This document shows positions 1-14,296 of a stretch of 64,000 nt of DNA, piece by piece. This stretch comes from an uncultured Planctomycetaceae bacterium (GTDB lineage: Bacteria; Planctomycetota; Planctomycetia; Isosphaerales; Isosphaeraceae), in contig CAWIAD010000002.1 of NCBI GenBank assembly GCA_963833985.1, positions 4,736,001-4,800,000 of the forward strand, written 5' to 3'. The notes under the pieces were generated by a model that saw only the letters and a list, made by a program, of their open reading frames with translations, made no database searches and was not told where the DNA came from. Every line of letters starts with the position of its first letter. Position 1 is the stretch's first letter. Both the position numbers and the translations under genes were made by a program.

Positions 1-3019
<3,019 letters not shown>

Positions 3020-3025
3020 CCGGCC

Positions 3026-4225
3026 CTATCCGGCGTCTGGCCCATCGCCGATTTCCAGGGCTTGCTGAAGGTCGTCCCAAAGATCTTGCGGGTCTTCCAG
3101 GCCGACGGAAAGACGGATCAGCCCCGGCGTGATGCCGAGACGCCGCAGCATCTCCGGGTCCTGGCCGCGGTGGCTGGTGGAGCAGGGATGGCTGAGGGTC
3201 GTCTGGACGTCGCCCAGGCTGGGAGCGAAGGGGATGTGACGGAGGCCCCGGATCAGGCGGTCGGCCTGGTCGCGACCGCCGACATCGAACGTGATCATGG
3301 CCCCGAAGCGACCGCCCAGGAGCCGCGTGGCCAGCGCGAAGTCCGGGTGCGATGGCAGCCCGGGATAGAACACCCGGCTGACCCGGCCGTGCTGTTCCAG
3401 ACGGGATGCCAGCTCGAAGGCCGTGCCGCTGGCGCGGTCCCCCCGCAAGCTCAAGGTCGCCAGCCCGCGCAGAGCCAGCCAGCACTCGAACGGGTTGCCG
3501 GTCTGTCCGAAGGTCGAGGCGACCGATCGGATGCGATCGATGGCGTCAGCCGGTCCCAGCACCGCGCCCAGGGTGAGGTCGCTGTGGCCGCCGATCAGCT
3601 TGGTGACCGAATGCATCACGAACGTTGCACCCAGATCGATGGGCCGGCAGAGCAGCGGGGCGAACGTATGATCGACCAGCAGAGGAACGCCGGCCGCCCG
3701 CACGACCCGGCCAATTTCGGCCAGGTCGGCCACGCGCAGCAGCGGGTTGGAGATCGTCTCGACCAGGACCAGCCGGGTGCGCGCGGTCACCAGCGGCTCC
3801 AGAGAGGAAGGACAGGCAGGATCGAAGCTGTCGTGGGTAATGCCGAACCGCAACAATTCACGAGCCACGAGCGTTGTCGTCTTGCCATAGAGACCCTCGG
3901 AGATGATGAGGTGGTCACCTCCGGCGCACAGCGAGAGCAAGCTTGCGGCGATGGCCGCCATCCCCGAGGCGCAGATGACCCCTGCCTCGGCGTGCTCCAG
4001 AGCACTCAACTTGGCGGCAAGCTGCACGGCATTGGGATGAGCGTCACGCGCGTAGGAGAACCCGCTTTCCTCACCATTGGAGATGGCGTCGATCTGGTCC
4101 AGGCTGGCGATCTCGTAGACCACGCTGAGGTCAAGCGAGGGCACCAGGGGCAGGCTGACGGACCTGGCCGGAGCGGCGGCGCGGGCACACAGGGTGGCTT
4201 CGCCGGGAGTCGGGGCGGCGGACAT
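3026..4225 (-). CDS. PLP-dependent trans-sulfuration enzyme (cystathionine gamma-synthase / methionine gamma-lyase family)
   Basis: YARDAHPN, ASGMAAI, ETISNP, HSVTKLIGGHSD (PLP Lys), SLGDVQT, LIRLSVGLED. Start set at ATG 4225; TTG 4243 is the alternative. Confidence 0.88.
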   Translation of the reverse strand: MSAAPTPGEATLCARAAAPARSVSLPLVPSLDLSVVYEIASLDQIDAISNGEESGFSYARDAHPNAVQLAAKLSALEHAEAGVICASGMAAIAASLLSLCAGGDHLIISEGLYGKTTTLVARELLRFGITHDSFDPACPSSLEPLVTARTRLVLVETISNPLLRVADLAEIGRVVRAAGVPLLVDHTFAPLLCRPIDLGATFVMHSVTKLIGGHSDLTLGAVLGPADAIDRIRSVASTFGQTGNPFECWLALRGLATLSLRGDRASGTAFELASRLEQHGRVSRVFYPGLPSHPDFALATRLLGGRFGAMITFDVGGRDQADRLIRGLRHIPFAPSLGDVQTTLSHPCSTSHRGQDPEMLRRLGITPGLIRLSVGLEDPQDLWDDLQQALEIGDGPDAG

Positions 4226-4239
4226 CTCGGCCTCGTCGT

Positions 4240-5415
4240 TCAATGGACGCTGGGTGCTCCGGAGCCCTTGCGATGGAACCGGGCGGCCTGGCCGAGCATG
4301 GCGATGATTTCACCAAGCTCGCGGAGTGACAGCCAGTTGCGCTGCGCCGCCCGGGCCTCGGCCAGCTTGCGGCGATGGCTGGCCAGCTCCGTCCAGTCGA
4401 TCGACCAGGCCTGTTCGATGGCCGCCTCGCGGACGCGCTCGGTCAGTTCCGAGAAGCGGCCGATCAGGGACTCTTCGATCGGACACGCCGTCGAGCGATA
4501 GCGGTGTTCCTGCTCCGGCGGCAATGTCGAAGGGGCTTTCTTGGCACCTTTGAAGACGCCCAGCAAACGGTCGCGCCAGGACGCGGGGCTCGACCCGTTG
4601 CGCTGGCGCTTGCCGGTGGTATCCTGGTGGGAGGTCTCGGCGGAATCCGGATCGACCCAGGGGCCAATCCGCACGATCAGCACGGTGACATTGTCGAGCC
4701 CCCCCCGCAGGTTGGCCAGATTCACGAGATAGCGGCAGGCGTTGCGAGGATGAAAGTTGCCCGCGAACGCGCCGATCTCCAGGTCGGTGACCGGGCCGGA
4801 GAGACCGTCGGAACAGAGCAGGTAGACGTCGGCCAGCTCGACGGCCAGGGGGCCCTCGAGGTCCACCTCGATGGTCGGCTCGGGACCGAGGCTGCGGGTG
4901 ATGACGTTCTTGGGCACCGACAGGTTTGCCTGCTCGGGCGTCAGATGGTTGCGGCGAACCAGCTCCCAGACCAAGCTGTGATCGAACGAGAGCTGGTCGA
5001 TCTGCCCGGCCCGAACCCGGTAGACGCGTGAATCGCCAACGTGCGCGACCAGCACACCCTCGGGTAAGACCAGAAGGGACGAGCAGGTGGTGCCCATCCC
5101 CTGGAACTCGCGATTGGCCGCGGCCCGGCTGTGGATCAGGGCACTGACTTCATGAAATGCCTTGACGATGGCCTCGGACGGAGTGCCCAGCTTGGCTTTC
5201 ATGTAGTTGTGCGGAATCAGATCGCAGGCCATCTTGCTCGCGAGCTCGCCGACCGCGTGCGCACCCATGCCGTCGGCAACCATGAAGACATGGCCGCGGC
5301 TGCGCCAGACTTCCATGTTCGGAGCCCGGACGGACGCGTGGCTGTCCTGATTGTTCGACCGCCGCATGCCGGTGTCGGACTGCGCCGCGTCGATGATGAC
5401 GTCATCCCAGTTCAC
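4240..5415 (-). CDS. PP2C/PPM-family Ser/Thr protein phosphatase with C-terminal extension
   Basis: SDTGMRRSNNQD, VADGMGAH, MGTT, AHVGDSRVY, DHS, CSDGL, GGLDNVT. Confidence 0.92.
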   Translation of the reverse strand: MNWDDVIIDAAQSDTGMRRSNNQDSHASVRAPNMEVWRSRGHVFMVADGMGAHAVGELASKMACDLIPHNYMKAKLGTPSEAIVKAFHEVSALIHSRAAANREFQGMGTTCSSLLVLPEGVLVAHVGDSRVYRVRAGQIDQLSFDHSLVWELVRRNHLTPEQANLSVPKNVITRSLGPEPTIEVDLEGPLAVELADVYLLCSDGLSGPVTDLEIGAFAGNFHPRNACRYLVNLANLRGGLDNVTVLIVRIGPWVDPDSAETSHQDTTGKRQRNGSSPASWRDRLLGVFKGAKKAPSTLPPEQEHRYRSTACPIEESLIGRFSELTERVREAAIEQAWSIDWTELASHRRKLAEARAAQRNWLSLRELGEIIAMLGQAARFHRKGSGAPSVH

Positions 5416-5684
5416 GGTCTAACCTTGGCGTATGAATTCCGCCTGCGGACTGCCCGCTGATCGCCGGGCAAGGCCCGCGATCACGCCCTGTGCTCTGCTT
5501 ATCATGACCGGCCGGCCACCACGATCCGGCAAGACACTCTTCGTGAGAACGTCAATCGTTAGCGTTTCTTCAGCTCACGCTATTTTTCGCAACCCGTCCA
5601 CCCGGTAGCGTATTGTACTCGACCAGGACCACGGCGAGTATTTTTTCCTTTAAATCCTTCGAACGGATCGACCCGCGGGACGCT

Positions 5685-5713
5685 TTGACCCACGCGTGGC
5701 CGAAAAGTATAAG
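5685..5713 (+). promoter_or_regulatory. Near-consensus sigma70 promoter upstream of the M16 peptidase
   Basis: TTGACC (5685-5690), 17-nt spacer, TATAAG (5708-5713) in an AT-rich divergent intergenic region. Confidence 0.6.
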
Positions 5714-5724
5714 CGGTATCGCTC

Positions 5725-5737
5725 AGTATTCAATACT
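5725..5737. promoter_or_regulatory. Palindromic putative operator
   Basis: AGTATT-C-AATACT perfect dyad just downstream of the -10 box. Confidence 0.35.
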
Positions 5738-5816
5738 ACTTGATTCGCTTCTTCATTGTGACCCCACGACTCCGGCGTTGCAAAAACCACGCCATATTCC
5801 CGAAACGACCCAGCCC

Positions 5817-8472
5817 ATGCATTTGCCAGAAATTGACTACTCGAAGTTCACCCTGGATAACGGCCTGGACGTGCTGCTGAGGTACCAGCCAGGACTTCCG
5901 CTCGTGGCCACAAATCTCTGGTACCACGTCGGTTCGAAGAACGAGGAGAGAAGCCAGCGGGGTTACGCTCATCTCTTCGAGCATCTCATGTTCGAGGGCT
6001 CCGCGCACTTCCCGGGCGACTTCTTCAAACGCCTGCAACCACTCGGTGCGAACATCAACGGATCGACCTCGTCGGACCGCACGAATTACTTCGTGGACAT
6101 CCCTGCTGCGCACCTCGAACTGGTCCTGGCGATGGAGTCGGACCGGATGGCCTTCCTGGTTCCCGCCCTGGACGACTCCAAGCTGAACATCCAGAAAGGA
6201 GTCGTCAAGAATGAGTATCGGCAGAATTACGCCAACCGGCCTTACGGCATGGTCTGGCCGGTCCTCTCCGAGGCGCTCTATCCGCCGCACCACCCCTATA
6301 GCTGGTTGACCATCGGCGACATGGAGGACCTGGAGGCCGCCTCGCTGGGGGACGTTTCGGCTTTCTTCCAGCGCTATTATGTACCCGCGAACACCAGCCT
6401 CGCGATCGTGGGCGATATCGATCCGGAGCGAACGCTCACCCTGGTGGAACGGTACTTCGGGTCGATCGGCTCCGGCAGCAAGCCGCTCCTGCCCTGGACG
6501 CCAGACCCCGCATTCGGGGGCAGCCGCGAGATCGTGCTTCAGGATCGGGTGGAGCTGAATCGCTACTACCTGGTCTGGCATTCCGTGCCGCACTTCCACG
6601 CTGCCGACGCGGCCCTGAGCGTGCTCGGCGACATACTTGCCCGCGGCCGCGCCAGCCGGCTCTATCAGCACCTTGTGGTCGATCGTCAGATTGCCCAGGA
6701 CATCTCCGCTTACCAGTCCGGCCGGGAGCTCGCGGGCACCTTCGGCATCATCGCCACCTTGCGTCCGTTGCGTTCCATCGACGAGCTACGCGATCATCTC
6801 GACGCAGAGATTGGCCGGATTGCCAGCGAGGGTGTGTCCGAGACCGAGCTCCAGCGCGTGCTCACCATGAGGACGGCCAGCCTCGTCTTTGCACTCGAGC
6901 ACATGGGAGGCTTTGGCGGAGTGGCCGACCGGCTCAACGCCTACAACGTCTTCCGCGGTGACCCGTCTCTGGTGACCTCTGACCTGGAGCGGTACCTGAG
7001 CCTGACTCCTGAGGCCATTCGAGAAGTGGCCGCCGGCTACGTCGCGGGCAAACCCAGGGTGGGCCTCTCCGTCCTGGGGCGGAAGCCCGCAAGTTCCTCG
7101 GTGCCGCTGGACCGCAAGATTCCTCCTGCCAGCAAGCCGCCCGCGGTCTACCATGCGCCACGGCCGGAGATGCGGACCCTTGGCAACGGCACCCCGCTCT
7201 GGGTGCTTCCCCGGCGCGATTTGCCGGCAGTTGCCCTGGCAATCACGCTGCCGGGCGGCAGCAGCTTGCAGCCGCCGGCACGCGCCGGTGTGGCACAGCT
7301 TGCCGTCGCGATGCTCGACGAGGGGACAGCGAGCCGGTCCGCCGCGGAGATTGCCCTGGCGGCCGAGGCCATGGGAACAGCTCTCTCGGCGAGCTGTGGG
7401 TGGGATGGCGCCTTCGTCACGGCGCGGTTTCTCAAAGCGTTCCTGGAGCCCAGCCTCGCGCTTGCCGTCGAGATCCTCCGGCATCCCACGTTTCCCGAGG
7501 CCGAGTGGAACCGGATCCATGCCCAGACACTCGCGGCGCTGCGGTCGCAGCGCGATCACGCGGAGTCGCGCGCCCACCGGGAACTCCTGCGCTCGCTCTA
7601 CGGCCCCGAGCATCCGTACGGGCACCCGCTCGATGGAGCGGAATCGATCGTCGCGGGACTGTCGCGTGCCGAGGCGATCGCATTCCATGGCCGACATCTC
7701 GGGCCTTCCGGCGCGGCCGTGGTGATCGCCGGGGACGTCGATCCCGACGAGGTTGCCCGCATCCTCGACGCCCACCTGGCGGGCTGGGAAGGCCCCCCGC
7801 CGAACGGCCCGTGATCCCCGATGCCCCGCCCGCTGCCGCGCCCAGGATTCGACTGCTCCACCGCCCTGGAGCCGCCCAGGCCGTGCTGCGGATCGGACAT
7901 GTCGGTGTCGCGCGCGGAGATTCCGGGTTCGAGCACCTGTTGCTGGGCAACCAGATCCTGGGCGGTCAGTTCACATCACGCCTGAATGAGAAGTTGCGCG
8001 AGCAGCGCGGTCTCACCTACGGCGTACGCAGCCATTTCGATGGCCGGCTCGGCCGTGGTCCGTTCTCCATCGCCACGTCCGTTCAGTCGGACAGGGTGGC
8101 CGAGGCCCTGGAAGACATCCGGCACGAGCTGCTTGCACTGCTCGGCGACTGCCCCCCCACCGAGGCCGAGCTTTGCGACGCGCGCCGTTCCCTGGTCGAA
8201 GGGCAGACCCGACAATTCGAGACCCCGTCCGCGATGGTGGGCCGGTATGCCCACCTGTTCGTCCACGGTCTGCCGCCAGACCATTACGCTGGCTTTGCCG
8301 ACCGCCTCGCCGCGATTGACCTGCAAGCCCTGCGTGGCGTGCTCGAACAGCGCATCCACCCAGAAGAACTGGTTGCCGTCGTGGTGGCCGACGCTGCCAG
8401 GCGCAAGCACAGCTTGAGCGGCTCGACTGGGCCGAACTGGACATCGTCCAGGACCCCTCCGCATCCGACTGA
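5817..8472 (+). CDS. M16 (pitrilysin/PqqL-like) zinc peptidase, two fused M16 halves; indels near 7797 and 8398
   Basis: TLDNGL, WYHVGSKNE, HLFEH zinc motif, NGSTSSDRTNY; second half lacks HxxEH and has ILGGQFTSRLNEKLREQRGLTYG; shifted tail ends ...LDIVQDPSASD* at 8472. Confidence 0.88.
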
Positions 8473-8594
8473 GAGGGAAGAAATTCGGACCTGGTGGGCT
8501 TTCTGCTGGTTGTCGAAGTCAAGGTCGACATAGAATGGGAGAGTTCGCAGACGCTCATGGCGTCGACGAGTCGCCGATCACCTCCGAGAATCTC

Positions 8595-10211
8595 ATGGAT
8601 GCACAACCGCCAACCGAACCGCGGGCAGGGCGACTTCAGCGCCTGGTTGCGCCCTGATCGTGCAGCGCTACGACCCTGACACGCTGCGCCTCGGTTCCTT
8701 CCTGGGGCCTGAGCTTCTTGCTGCATGCGCTTTTGCTCCTGTTGCTGGCCCTGCTCATTCGGGTGGGGAATTCCGGCTCCGCGACGCGGGTGATCGAGAG
8801 CCGGCTGCCGGGCGATCTCGGCGACCTGACCTCGCTGGTCGATGCACCCCAGTCCGGGGATCCCTTCACCAAGGAGCAGAGCCTCGATCCCCCTTCGCTT
8901 GGGCTCGAGACCAACGATCCGGCGATCAAGTTCTCGGCCCAGCCCGAGATCGCCGGCCTGGCGCGATTCGGTCCCGACCTGGCCGGTCCGTCGGGATCCG
9001 ATTCGGGCGGGACAAATCTGCTGGCCAACCTGTCGATCTCCGGCAGCGGCAAGTCCGGCCCGCGATTCCCCGGCCTGGCGGACCAGATCGTGGCACCGTT
9101 CTCGGGCCGGACGGGGCTGGACCGCGCGCGGCTGGTGCGCCGCGAGGGCGGCACCGTGCACTCCGAGAAGGCCGTCGAGGACGGGCTGGCCTGGATTGTG
9201 CGGCACCAGCGGGCCAATGGCTCCTGGTCGCTCAACTTCCAGGACCAGTGCCAGGCCGGCGCCTGCCCTCCCCATCACGTGCTCGATTCCGACACCGCGG
9301 CCACGGGGCTGGCGCTCTTGCCGCTTCTGGGCGCCGGATACATCCACACGGTGAAATGCCGGCATCAGGATGCAGTGCGCCGCGGTCTCGAGGCGCTGGT
9401 TCAGCATCAGCAGCCCAACGGCGACCTGTTCACGGGAGGTCCGGGCATCGCCTACATGTACAGCCATGCCATCGGCACCATGGCCCTGTGCGAGGCGTAC
9501 GGCCTGTCTCATGACTCGAACCTCAAGCAGCCGGCCCAGCGCGCGCTCGACTTCATTATCGAGGCCCAGAATCCGTCGACGGGCGGCTGGCGGTACTCGC
9601 CGGGGCAAGCGGGCGACACGTCGGTTTTCGGCTGGCAGATCTTCGCGCTGCGGAGCGGCCACCTGGCAGGACTGAAGGTCCCCCGCACCACGGTGCGCGG
9701 CTGCGCCGATTATCTCAACCTGGCTGCCGCCGACCCGAAGAAGATCACCTACTCGTATATGCCGGGACGCGACGTCTCGCCGGTGATGACCGCCGAGGCG
9801 CTGGTGAGCCGGCAGTTGCTGGGCTGGCCGCGCAACCACCCGTCGCTGGTCAAGGGTGCCGGCCGCGTGGCCGCCCACCTCGAAAGCAGTCGCGACCGCA
9901 ACATCTATTACTGGTACTACGCCACCCAGCTCCTGCACAACCTCAAGAACAAGGACTGGGAACGGTGGAACCCGCAGGTCCGCGAGGCGCTGATCAAGAC
10001 CCAGGTCAAGGATGATAGCTGCGCCAGCGGAAGCTGGGACCCCTTTCAGCCCATCCAGGACCGCTGGGGCGGGACCGCCGGACGGCTCTTTGAGACCTCG
10101 CTCTCGGTGCTCACCCTCGAGGTCTACTACCGCTACCTGCCTCTCTACCGCACCGCCGATTCCGAGGCCATGGAAGCCGCGGCCGCGGAGCCAGAGAACA
10201 AGAAGAAATAA
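8595..10211 (+). CDS. Membrane-anchored prenyltransferase/squalene-oxidase-repeat (alpha/alpha barrel) protein; indels near 8655 and 8700
   Basis: TM segment SFLLHALLLLLLALLI, QW-like repeats QRANGSW, QQPNGD, QNPSTGGWRY, GSWDP, and C-terminal LTLEVYYRYLP. Confidence 0.8.
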
Positions 10212-10254
10212 TCATGGTGGCGACATCTCCCGTGAGGGCCTCCAGACCTGCCTG

Positions 10255-10785
10255 TCAGGTTCCCGGCTCTTTCTCGATCAGGAGCTGCATGTAGATCACA
10301 TCCAGCCAGCGGCCGAACTTGTAGCCCACCTCCTTCAGCCGGGCAGCCTGCTTGAACCCGACTGATTCCTGCAAGGCAAGGCTCGCGGACTGCTCGGCGC
10401 ACGTGCCGCCGAGAATCGCGTGCAGACCGGCTTTTCTGGCCCGGTCAATCAGATCGAGCAGGAGTGCCCGCCCGAGCCCTTTGCGGTGCATGTCGTGGCG
10501 CACGTAGATCGACGCCTCCGCCGTGAACGCGTAGCCGCGCCGCGAGTTCCAGGGCGACAGCGCAGCCCAGCCAACGACCTCGCCGGCGGTCTCCGCGACG
10601 ATGACCGGGTGGCTCGCGGACCGGCCCTGAAACCACGCGCGCCGTTGAGCCTCCGTCTCCGGCTCGAGCTGGAAGGTGCAAGTGGACCGCTCCACGTAGT
10701 GATTGTAGATCTCCCGGATCGCGCCGAGGTCGGCCTCGGTCGCCGGCCGAAGCGTGTGTTTCACTGTAGGTTCTCCCTTCTCCAT
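10255..10785 (-). CDS. GNAT N-acetyltransferase (phosphinothricin / methionine-sulfoximine acetyltransferase-like)
   Basis: IREIYNHYV, TFQLEPET, EASIYV, GLGRALL, VGYKFGRWLDV. Confidence 0.88.
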   Translation of the reverse strand: MEKGEPTVKHTLRPATEADLGAIREIYNHYVERSTCTFQLEPETEAQRRAWFQGRSASHPVIVAETAGEVVGWAALSPWNSRRGYAFTAEASIYVRHDMHRKGLGRALLLDLIDRARKAGLHAILGGTCAEQSASLALQESVGFKQAARLKEVGYKFGRWLDVIYMQLLIEKEPGT

Positions 10786-10894
10786 CGCGCGGTTCTCTCC
10801 ACTGGCCCGTTGTCATCGGGCGGATTGTGGCGACCTGCCCTCGCATTTGCCAGACCCAGGCGCACTTCCCGCCCGACCTGAAGGCGGGGCACGC

Positions 10895-10938
10895 GTTCCC
10901 AAGCTCCGCATCGACGCCTGAAAGCGGAGCGTGGCAAC
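10895..10938. repeat. Imperfect intergenic inverted repeat (REP-like hairpin)
   Basis: GTTCCCAAGCTCCGC ... GCGGAGCGTGGCAAC, 13/15 complementary, between divergent genes. Confidence 0.45.
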
Positions 10939-11031
10939 CAGTGAACCAACTTTGCGGCCGCCTCTCCTTTCGCGCGCTCTGGGCATGTATGCTGGGGTTC
11001 CAGTTATTCAGGTCCGGACCAGGAGCCGACG

Positions 11032-12915
11032 ATGCGCTTCGCCCTCTCTGTTGCCTCGTGTCTGATCGCACTGAGCGTTGTTGCCGCGGGAGAGCCGCAT
11101 CGTCATGTGGACTGGCCGGCCGTGGGTGCCGATCCCGGCTGCATGCGGTACTCGCCCCTCGATCAGATTCACCGCGACAACGTCATGCGGCTCAAGCCGG
11201 CCTGGACGTACCACACGGGCGAGCTCGCGGGTCGCGAGGGGAAGACGATCGAATGCACGCCGATCGTGATCGACGGCGTGATGTACATCACGACAGGTTA
11301 CCTGCGCGTGGTCGCGCTCGATGCGGCCACGGGGCGCGTGCTCTGGCAGTTCGACCCGCTCAAGGACCATCCCTTCGAGCACAAGCCAAATTCCGGTGGC
11401 GTGAACCGCGGCTGTGCTTACTGGTCCGACGGCCGGCCCGACGGCCAGCGGCGGATCCTCCACGGCACGTCGGATGGCCGCCTCTTCTCGCTCGACGCTC
11501 GGACCGGCAAGCTTGACCCGAAATTCGGCAGCGGGGGCATTCGCAACCTCCGCGACGAGCTGGACCCCCAGGTCGCCACGCTGGGCTACGGGCCAACCTC
11601 CGCCCCCTCCATCTGGAAAGACTCGGTTCTCGTGGGCGTCTCCTGCGGCGAAGGTCCCGGCGCGGCCGCACCCGGAGACATCCGCGCCTTCGATGTCCGC
11701 ACGGGCAAGCAGCTCTGGCGGTTCCATACCGTCCCCCGCGCGGGAGAGTCTGGCAATGAGACCTGGCAGGGAGATTCCTGGAAGGGCCGCGGCGGAGCGA
11801 ACGCCTGGGGCGGACTGAGCGTTGATGTGAATCGCGGCCTCGTCTTTGCCGGCCTGGGCTCGGCCGCTTTCGACTTTTTCGGAGGCGATCGGAAGGGAGA
11901 CAACCTGTTCGCCAACTGTGTGGTCGCGCTGGACGCAGCGACCGGCCAGCGCGTCTGGCATTTTCAGACGCTCCATCACGACCTCTGGGACCACGACCTG
12001 CCGGTCTATCCCAACCTGGTGACGGTCGTCCATGACGGCAAATCGATCGACGCCGTGGCCCAGGTGACGAAGACGGGATACGTGTTCCTGTTCGATCGGC
12101 AGACGGGCAAGCCGCTCTTCGACGTCGAGGAACGCGTGGTACCGGGATCGGACGTGCCCGGCGAACAGGCCGCGCGCACGCAGCCCGTCCCGGTCAAGCC
12201 CCCTCCTTTCAGCGCGCAGTTTCTCGACGAGACGAACATCACCAGCATCGGCAAGGCGAACCGCGAGGCGGTTCTGAAGCAGCTTTCGGCCATCCGGTCG
12301 GGTCGAGCCTTCACGCCGCCAAGTACGCGGGGAAGCGTGGTCATCCCCGGCTTCCACGGAGGTGCGAACTGGTCGGGCGCCTCGTTCGACCCGTCCACGG
12401 GGCTGCTCTACGTGAACGCGAACAATGTGCCCAATATCCTGACTCTGGTCGCGACGAAGCCGGCCGACCGTGCAAGATATGGACCCTATATCATCAAGGG
12501 CTACGTGCAATTCCTTGATCATGAAGGCTACCCGGCAATCCGGCCGCCCTGGGGCGTCTTGACGGCGATCAATCTGAACGCCGGCACAATCGCCTGGCAA
12601 GTTCCGCTGGGCGAACATGCGGAGCTGACGGCCCGCGGCATTCCGCGCACGGGCACGGAGACGTTCGGGGGCTCGATCGTGACCGCGGGGGGTCTGGTGT
12701 TCATTGCCGGCACCAAGGACGAGCGCATCCACGCCTTCGACAAGACGAACGGAAAGCTGCTCTGGGAGCACCCGCTGCCCGCCGGCGGCTATGCCACGCC
12801 GGCGACTTACGAGGTCGGAGGCAAGCAGTACGTCGTGATTGCCGCGGGCGGCGCCGGCAAGCTGCGCACCCCGCCCGGCGACGCATTCGTCGCCTTCGCT
12901 CTGCCCGCTCAGTGA
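11032..12915 (+). CDS. Secreted PQQ-dependent dehydrogenase (quinoprotein glucose dehydrogenase-like)
   Basis: Signal peptide, RYSPLDQI, ECTPIVIDG, VNRGCAYW, HHDLWDHD, GGANWSG, PPWGVLTAI, ATPATYEVGGKQYVVI. Confidence 0.9.
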   Translation: MRFALSVASCLIALSVVAAGEPHRHVDWPAVGADPGCMRYSPLDQIHRDNVMRLKPAWTYHTGELAGREGKTIECTPIVIDGVMYITTGYLRVVALDAATGRVLWQFDPLKDHPFEHKPNSGGVNRGCAYWSDGRPDGQRRILHGTSDGRLFSLDARTGKLDPKFGSGGIRNLRDELDPQVATLGYGPTSAPSIWKDSVLVGVSCGEGPGAAAPGDIRAFDVRTGKQLWRFHTVPRAGESGNETWQGDSWKGRGGANAWGGLSVDVNRGLVFAGLGSAAFDFFGGDRKGDNLFANCVVALDAATGQRVWHFQTLHHDLWDHDLPVYPNLVTVVHDGKSIDAVAQVTKTGYVFLFDRQTGKPLFDVEERVVPGSDVPGEQAARTQPVPVKPPPFSAQFLDETNITSIGKANREAVLKQLSAIRSGRAFTPPSTRGSVVIPGFHGGANWSGASFDPSTGLLYVNANNVPNILTLVATKPADRARYGPYIIKGYVQFLDHEGYPAIRPPWGVLTAINLNAGTIAWQVPLGEHAELTARGIPRTGTETFGGSIVTAGGLVFIAGTKDERIHAFDKTNGKLLWEHPLPAGGYATPATYEVGGKQYVVIAAGGAGKLRTPPGDAFVAFALPAQ

Positions 12916-12951
12916 CTCTGACCGCACTCTGCCGACCGGGAGGAAGCCGTC

Positions 12952-13889
12952 ATGAAGCGCATCGCAGTGACTGTTTTGCTGCTTCTCCATGCACAGGCGG
13001 TGGCGGCAACCTCCGCGCTCGCCGCCGATCCGCCCGTCGTCACTCTCTGGCCCGGGAAGACGCCCGCCGACGCCGGCATCCGGGAAGCGGAAACCAGCAA
13101 GGTCCTTCAGTCGCCGCTGGTTGGCCCGACGCGGTTGATCACCAACGTCAGCAGCCCGTCGATCTCGGTGCACCTTCCCTCCGGGGAGACCAACACGGGC
13201 ACTGCCATGGTGATCTGTCCGGGAGGAGGTTACTGGAACCTGTACTGGGAGCTGGAGGGCGAGGAGGTCGCGGCCTGGCTGAACAGGCACGGCATGGCCG
13301 GCATCATCCTCAAGTACCGCTGCCCCAGGCGCCGGGTGAGGTGACCAGTGAGCCGCCGCCGGGCCCACTGCTCGACGCCCAGCGCGCCATCAGCCTGGTG
13401 CGGAGCCGGGCAAAGGAGTGGCGGATCAACCCGACTCGGATCGGCATCATTGGCTTCTCGGCCGGCGGGCACCTGGCGCTGGCGGCCGCGACCAGCTTCC
13501 CCAGGCGCCGCTACGACCCGATCGACGCCGTCGACGCGGTCAGTTGCCGCCCGGATTTCGCGGTGCTTTGCTATCCCGGCTACCTGAAAGTGAAGGACAA
13601 GGACGAGCTTCGCGCCGACCTGCGCATCCCGGCCGACACGCCGCCAATCTTCATGGCGCATACCTCCGACGACAATGAAAGCTACGGCGGCTCATCCTCC
13701 GAGAACAGCGCGATCGCCTACCTGGCCCTGAAGCGCGCGGGCGTGTCCGCCGAGCTGCACGTTTACGCCAGCGGCGATCATGACTTCGGAGTCCGCCAGA
13801 ACGAAAAGCTGCCGTCGAGCTGGCCGCAGCTCTGCATCAACTGGCTGCGGAGCCGAAACCTGCTGGTGAAGCCGAGTACCGACCGGTGA
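12952..13889 (+). CDS. Secreted alpha/beta hydrolase (esterase); indel near 13333
   Basis: Signal peptide, ICPGGGY oxyanion loop, GFSAGG nucleophile elbow, C-terminal GDHDFG. Confidence 0.87.
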
Positions 13890-14296
13890 GTCGCGCCGCG
13901 GCACTCCGCGAGGTTCCGCGGAGATGCACGCCGCGAGCCGGCATGACCGCTGCGGATCAGGAGGCGGCAGCCGGCCCCTGCCCTGCGTAAAGAATCCACG
14001 CCAGCGCTGCCAGGTGGTACAGGCCGATTCCCAGGAAGAGGAGTGGCAAGCCCAGCCGCAAACTGCGGCTCTTCCAGGTGGGTCAAGTGCCGCAAAGCCG
14101 CTGAGCCACCGGCTTGCCGGCGCCGCCGACAATGCCTTGCCTCAGCCCCCAGAGTTTCAGGCACCCGAGCACGGTGAATGTTGCCCCGACGAGCGCGGAA
14201 GGTAACCAATCGGCAAGCGGAATCATGGTGCGGTCTCCACATCCAGAGTTGCTGCACAGAATGCGCCGGCTCGGGTCGGGCCGAGTTCAGCAGTCG

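Noticed and set aside
8595..10211. Squalene-hopene cyclase call
   Set aside because: Single barrel, TM anchor and no DxDD motif.
5817..12915. PQQ biosynthesis cluster (M16 as PqqF beside a PQQ dehydrogenase)
   Set aside because: No pqqA-E genes; M16 peptidases are generic and unrelated genes intervene.
14044..14120. c-di-GMP-I riboswitch-like words (GGCAAGCC..GCAAAGCC)
   Set aside because: Lacks the GAAA-tetraloop stem and correct spacing, and lies between convergent gene ends.
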